Shown here: positions 60,025 to 64,000 of the stretch, one piece after another | How positions within the stretch are numbered: position 1 is the first letter of the stretch | How the letters are laid out: each line of letters opens with the position of its first letter | Origin: Podarcis liolepis | Lineage: Eukaryota | Reading direction: 5' to 3' (one strand) | Assembly (NCBI GenBank): GCA_965112155.1 | Contig: OZ218099.1 | DNA: 64,000 nucleotides | Program-made: the position numbers and the translations under genes | Notes under the pieces: model-generated | Database searches by the model: none | What the model saw: the letters and a program-made list of their open reading frames with translations, nothing else | Told to the model about the DNA's origin: nothing

Positions 60025-63000
60025 ATGGCTGGGACAAGTTCCACAGGGGGGGAAGCACTGGGACATCCGATCTCGGTGATCATGGGCAGGAGGCGGAGTT
60101 ACGCTAAGACCAGACCATGTCATTACCGAGGAGGCAGGTTTAGTCGTTGTTTGAAGACTATCCCTGCCTCCGGGTCTGGCCTTGACCAGATGGATACTGG
60201 AATCAACAGGGGAAACCCACATAACCTGAAGGTGTTGCTGTGTAATGCCAGGTCAATGGTGAATAAAACCACTGCCACCCACGACCTGATTGTGGATGGA
60301 GGATTTGACCTGGCTTGTGTGACAGAGACCTGGTTGAATGAGACAGATGGGCCCGTCCTTGCTGCCGCTTGCCCCCCAGGTTTCTCTTACGCACAGCAAC
60401 CCAGGTCATGTGGGCGGGGAGGGGGGGTTGCAGTGATTTTTAGGAAGTCATTAGTCTGCACCAGGCGTCCTACTGGGAAGACCCAGTTTTCTGAGTGCAT
60501 GTTCTGGAAGTTGGGCAATAGGGGCAGTACAGGATTCCTTTTGGTGTACCGACCTCCCCGCTGCACCAAGGATTCCCTGTCCGAGCTGCTTCAGGTCGTG
60601 GCGGATGTTCTCCTGGAGACACCTAGTTTGGTTGTCCTAGGGGATTTTAACATCCACGCCGACACGACCTTACAAGGGGCCGCTCGGGACTTCGTGGAAA
60701 GCATGGCCTCCATGGGGCTGTCCCTGAATAAGTTGGGCCCAACTCATAGTCATGGACATGCCTTAGACCTGGTATTCACCTCTAGCGACGTGGGTGATCT
60801 GACACTAAGTAAAAATGAAACCAAAGAAGTGCCATGGTCAGATCACTTCCTGGTGCAACTGGACTTCTCCGCGACCCTTCCCCTCTGCAGGGAGGTGGGA
60901 CCAATTCGGATGGTCCGCCCCCGCCACTTAATGGATCCAAATGGTTTCCAGAGAGTGGTAGGGGATGCTTTATCCCATGTTGATGGCCTTTCAGCTGATT
61001 CCCTGGTGGCCCGCTGGAATGCGGAGTTAACCAGGGCTATCGACCGTCTGGCTCCGAAGCGCCCTCTCCGATTGCATGGAGCCCGGACAGCCCCGTGGTT
61101 TTCTTCGGAGCTGAGGGCGATGAAACAATCGCTGAGACGGCTAGAGCGTCGGTGGCAGAAAACTCACTCCGAATCTGACCGGACACAGGTTAGAGCTCAA
61201 CGTCGAGCCTACCAAGTGGCGATAGCGACGGCGAAGAAGACTTTCTTCACCGCCTCTATTGCATCTGCAGAAAATAGTAGCAGGAGACTCTTTCAGGTGG
61301 TCCGCAATTTAACGGAACCACCTTTACCATCGGGGCCTTGTAAAGACCCCAAGATTTCCTGCAACGATTTTGCAAAGTTTTTTGCAGATAAAATCACTCA
61401 TATTCGGAAGGAGCTAGACACCACCGTGGGAGCAGGGCTGGGGCGGGAGAGTGCTAGAGCCCTGTCTGGTCAAGTTGCATGGAATCAATTTCAATCCGTT
61501 ACCCCCGAGGATGTGGACAGGCTGCTTGGACGAGTGAAACCAACCACCTGTCTCCTTGATCCTTGCCCATCCTGGCTTATAAAAGCTAGCCGGGAAGGGC
61601 TGGGCGATGGGCTCTGCGGGGTGGTGAATGCTTCCCTCTGTGAGGGAACATTCCCAGATCCGCTGAAAGAGGCGGTCATTAAACCGCTTCTTAAAAAACC
61701 ATCTTTAGACCCGGCCAGTATGGCCAACTATCGCCCAGTCTCAAATCTTCCATTCTTGGGCAAGGTGATTGAGCGTGTGGTTGCTGAACAACTCCAGGCA
61801 CGCCTGGAGGATGCGGACCATTTGGATCCCTTCCAATCAGGGTTCAGGCCTCATCATGGGACTGAAACTGCCTTGGTCGCACTGGTTGATGATCTCCGGC
61901 GAGCTAGGGACAAAGGTGAGAGTTGTTTCCTAGTTCTGCTGGATCTCTCAGCGGCCTTTGATACAATCGACCATAACATCCTTCTGGACCGTCTAGAGGG
62001 GTTGGGAGCTGGGGGCACTGTTATACAGTGGTTTCGCTCCTTTCTCCTGGGCCGTGTTCAGAAAGTGGTGGTGGGGGATGAGTGTTCAGACCCTTGGGCC
62101 CTCACTTGTGGGGTGCCTCAGGGTTCCGTCCTCTCCCCCATGCTTTTTAACATCTATATGAAGCCGCTGGGAGAGATCATCAGGGGGTTTGGACTGGGTG
62201 TCCATCAATATGCAGATGATACCCAGCTCTACCTTTCTTTCAAATCAGAACCAGTGAAGGCGGTGAAGGTCCTGTGTGAGTGCCTGGAGGCGGTTGGAGG
62301 ATGGATGGCGGCTAATGGATTGAAGTTGAATCCTGACAAGACAGAAGTACTGTTTTTGGGGGACAGGGGGCGGGCTGGTGTGGAGGACTCCCTGGTCCTG
62401 AATGGGGTAACTGTGCCCCTGAAGGACCAGGTGCGTAGCCTGGGAGTCATTTTGGACTCACAGCTGTCCATGGAGGCACAGGTCAATTCTGTATCCAGGG
62501 CAGCTGTCTACCAACTCCACCTGGTACGCAGGCTGAGACCCTACCTGCCCGCTGACTGTCTGGCCAGAGTGGTGCATGCTCTAGTTATCTCCCGCTTGGA
62601 CTACTGCAATGCGCTCTACGTGGGGCTACCTTTGAAGGTGACTCGGAAACTACAACTAATCCAGAATGCGGCAGCTAGACTGGTGACTGGGGGCGGCCGC
62701 CGAGACCACATAACACCGGTCTTGAAAGACCTACATTGGCTCCCAGTACGTTTCCGAGCACAATTCAAAGTGTTGGTGTTGACCTTTAAAGCCCTAAACG
62801 GCTTCGGCCCAGTATACCTGAAGGAGCGTCTCCACCCCCATCGTTCTGCCCGGACACTGAGGTCCAGTGCCGAGGGCCTTCTGGCGGTTCCCTCATTGCG
62901 AGAAGCGAAGCTACAGGGAACCAGGCAGAGGGCCTTTTCGGTGGTGGCGCCCGCCCTGTGGAATGCCCTCCCATCGGATGTCAAGGTGATGGACAACTAC

Positions 63001-63057
63001 CTGACATTCAGAAAACATCTTAAGGCGGCCCTATTCAGGGAAGCTTTTAATGTATGA
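60025..63057 (+). CDS. LINE ORF2-type protein: APE endonuclease + reverse transcriptase (1010 aa from first ATG)
   Basis: CNARS, VTETW, VYRPP, GDFN, SDH (APE); YRPVS, QSGFR, LDLSAAFD, GVPQGS, YADD (RT); no stops or frameshifts. The track start at 59983 is GTG; first ATG 60025 is in strong context acgATGG. Confidence 0.93.
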   Translation: MAGTSSTGGEALGHPISVIMGRRRSYAKTRPCHYRGGRFSRCLKTIPASGSGLDQMDTGINRGNPHNLKVLLCNARSMVNKTTATHDLIVDGGFDLACVTETWLNETDGPVLAAACPPGFSYAQQPRSCGRGGGVAVIFRKSLVCTRRPTGKTQFSECMFWKLGNRGSTGFLLVYRPPRCTKDSLSELLQVVADVLLETPSLVVLGDFNIHADTTLQGAARDFVESMASMGLSLNKLGPTHSHGHALDLVFTSSDVGDLTLSKNETKEVPWSDHFLVQLDFSATLPLCREVGPIRMVRPRHLMDPNGFQRVVGDALSHVDGLSADSLVARWNAELTRAIDRLAPKRPLRLHGARTAPWFSSELRAMKQSLRRLERRWQKTHSESDRTQVRAQRRAYQVAIATAKKTFFTASIASAENSSRRLFQVVRNLTEPPLPSGPCKDPKISCNDFAKFFADKITHIRKELDTTVGAGLGRESARALSGQVAWNQFQSVTPEDVDRLLGRVKPTTCLLDPCPSWLIKASREGLGDGLCGVVNASLCEGTFPDPLKEAVIKPLLKKPSLDPASMANYRPVSNLPFLGKVIERVVAEQLQARLEDADHLDPFQSGFRPHHGTETALVALVDDLRRARDKGESCFLVLLDLSAAFDTIDHNILLDRLEGLGAGGTVIQWFRSFLLGRVQKVVVGDECSDPWALTCGVPQGSVLSPMLFNIYMKPLGEIIRGFGLGVHQYADDTQLYLSFKSEPVKAVKVLCECLEAVGGWMAANGLKLNPDKTEVLFLGDRGRAGVEDSLVLNGVTVPLKDQVRSLGVILDSQLSMEAQVNSVSRAAVYQLHLVRRLRPYLPADCLARVVHALVISRLDYCNALYVGLPLKVTRKLQLIQNAAARLVTGGGRRDHITPVLKDLHWLPVRFRAQFKVLVLTFKALNGFGPVYLKERLHPHRSARTLRSSAEGLLAVPSLREAKLQGTRQRAFSVVAPALWNALPSDVKVMDNYLTFRKHLKAALFREAFNV

Positions 63058-63162
63058 TATTTTAGTGTTTTTTGGTTTCTGTGGAAGCCGCCCAGAGTGG
63101 CTGGGGAAACCCAGCCAGATGGGCGGGGTACAAATAATAAATTATTATTATTATTATTATAT

Positions 63163-63810
63163 TCTATACTCCTGGAACCAGTAAGTGTTAGAATTTAATC
63201 AAAGGCTTCTAATTATGGGAAATAGCCAGATTGCTATAATCCCCAGAGCCAGCAAAGTTGTTAGAATCTAATTAAGGTTTGGGGTGCTAAACTGTGTGAT
63301 AGACCTCTCTAATCCTCAGATCAATAAGTGTTAAAAGCCAATAAAGGCAGGCTAGTTTCCTGATGAGGTAATCGCCTGGGGTGATGGGCCATTAAGAGAA
63401 CAGAGGATCAAACGAACCTGGTGTGACATGGTAAATGAGTAGGGCCTCTCCCTCAAGAGATAAAGCCAGAGCTTAGAGAGTTAGAAGCACTGTGAGCTAG
63501 AAGCTTAGAGTAGGGAGTATGAGTAATATGACGAAGAAAGCAAGCAGTGAGTAGGAGATTCAAGAGCAGCATCTGAGAGGAGTGGTTGGTATCTGTCTGA
63601 ATCCAAGGTTACTGCTATGGGAGAAGCAAGATGCTTACGGCGTGTTGATGCTGTGAACCCCACTAGTGCAGGCTCAGGTTGTATATATGTGTAAATAAAC
63701 CATAGATCATAAAGACACCACAGTCTCCACTGGGCATTATTCCCAAAAGGAAACAAGAATCCTGGGTAAAGCACGCCTGGAACCCCTGGAATCTTGCACC
63801 GTTTGGAGAT
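63163..63810 (+). mobile_element. LTR-like sequence (possible Gypsy solo LTR remnant) interrupted by the L2
   Basis: Purine-rich body, tgtatatatgtgtaAATAAAc at about 63680-63700, possible TG start at 59401 left of the LINE; pattern recall only. Confidence 0.4.
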
Positions 63811-64000
63811 TAAAATATAAAGCTATTGTCATGTGGCAACCAACAGACGACCATGCCCACTGCAGGGTGACAAACAGCAGGCAGGTGAGACAGGAAGCAG
63901 TGCTGGTGGCAGCCAGCCCAAGGGAACTGTTTAATGGAGAGGGGGTAGAGGTTCTTAACTTAGCAGTTAGCTAGCCACTCTGTGGTTGCAGCGAGGCTTA

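Larger units (their letters stand above)
59431..63162 (+). mobile_element. Apparently intact L2-clade (CR1 group) LINE
   Basis: Tandem-repeat 5' end, single long ORF, short 3' UTR with stem-loop-like ctggggaaacccag and (ATT)n tail. Confidence 0.9.

Noticed and set aside
59989-62996. Minus-strand ORFs overlapping the LINE ORF
   Set aside because: Antisense shadows of a GC-rich coding frame

Overview
Vertebrate genomic DNA from a squamate reptile, probably a lacertid-type lizard (Sauria SINEs, a BovB fragment, reptile L2/CR1/Penelope repeats). It holds two intron-containing genes in tandem on the minus strand, in the same order as in mammals. (1) The 5' part of MAPK9/JNK2: CpG-island exon 1 near 22.2-22.4 kb and coding exons from 9657 down to 23, running off the left edge, including the two 72-nt mutually exclusive exons with U12-type donors. 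(2) A complete 19-exon GFPT2 (CDS 51790 to 27640, 2049 nt, 682 aa) with a TATA/CCAAT/GC-box CpG-island promoter. At the right end is an apparently intact single-ORF L2-clade LINE (APE + RT, 1010 aa from the first ATG) whose 5' end is about 2.4 tandem 124-125 bp monomers carrying a GC box and TATA box; it appears to have inserted into an LTR-like sequence. Most short ORFs in the supplied track are spurious or exon fragments. I cannot support a wholly new biological system here. The best leads are the intact monomer-promoter L2, three fossil minimal hammerhead ribozymes from Penelope-like elements in GFPT2 introns, a young hAT-type element carrying a CpG island into GFPT2 intron 3, and a candidate NF-kB/AP-1 enhancer in GFPT2 intron 1. 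Repeat family names are from recall, not from a database search.
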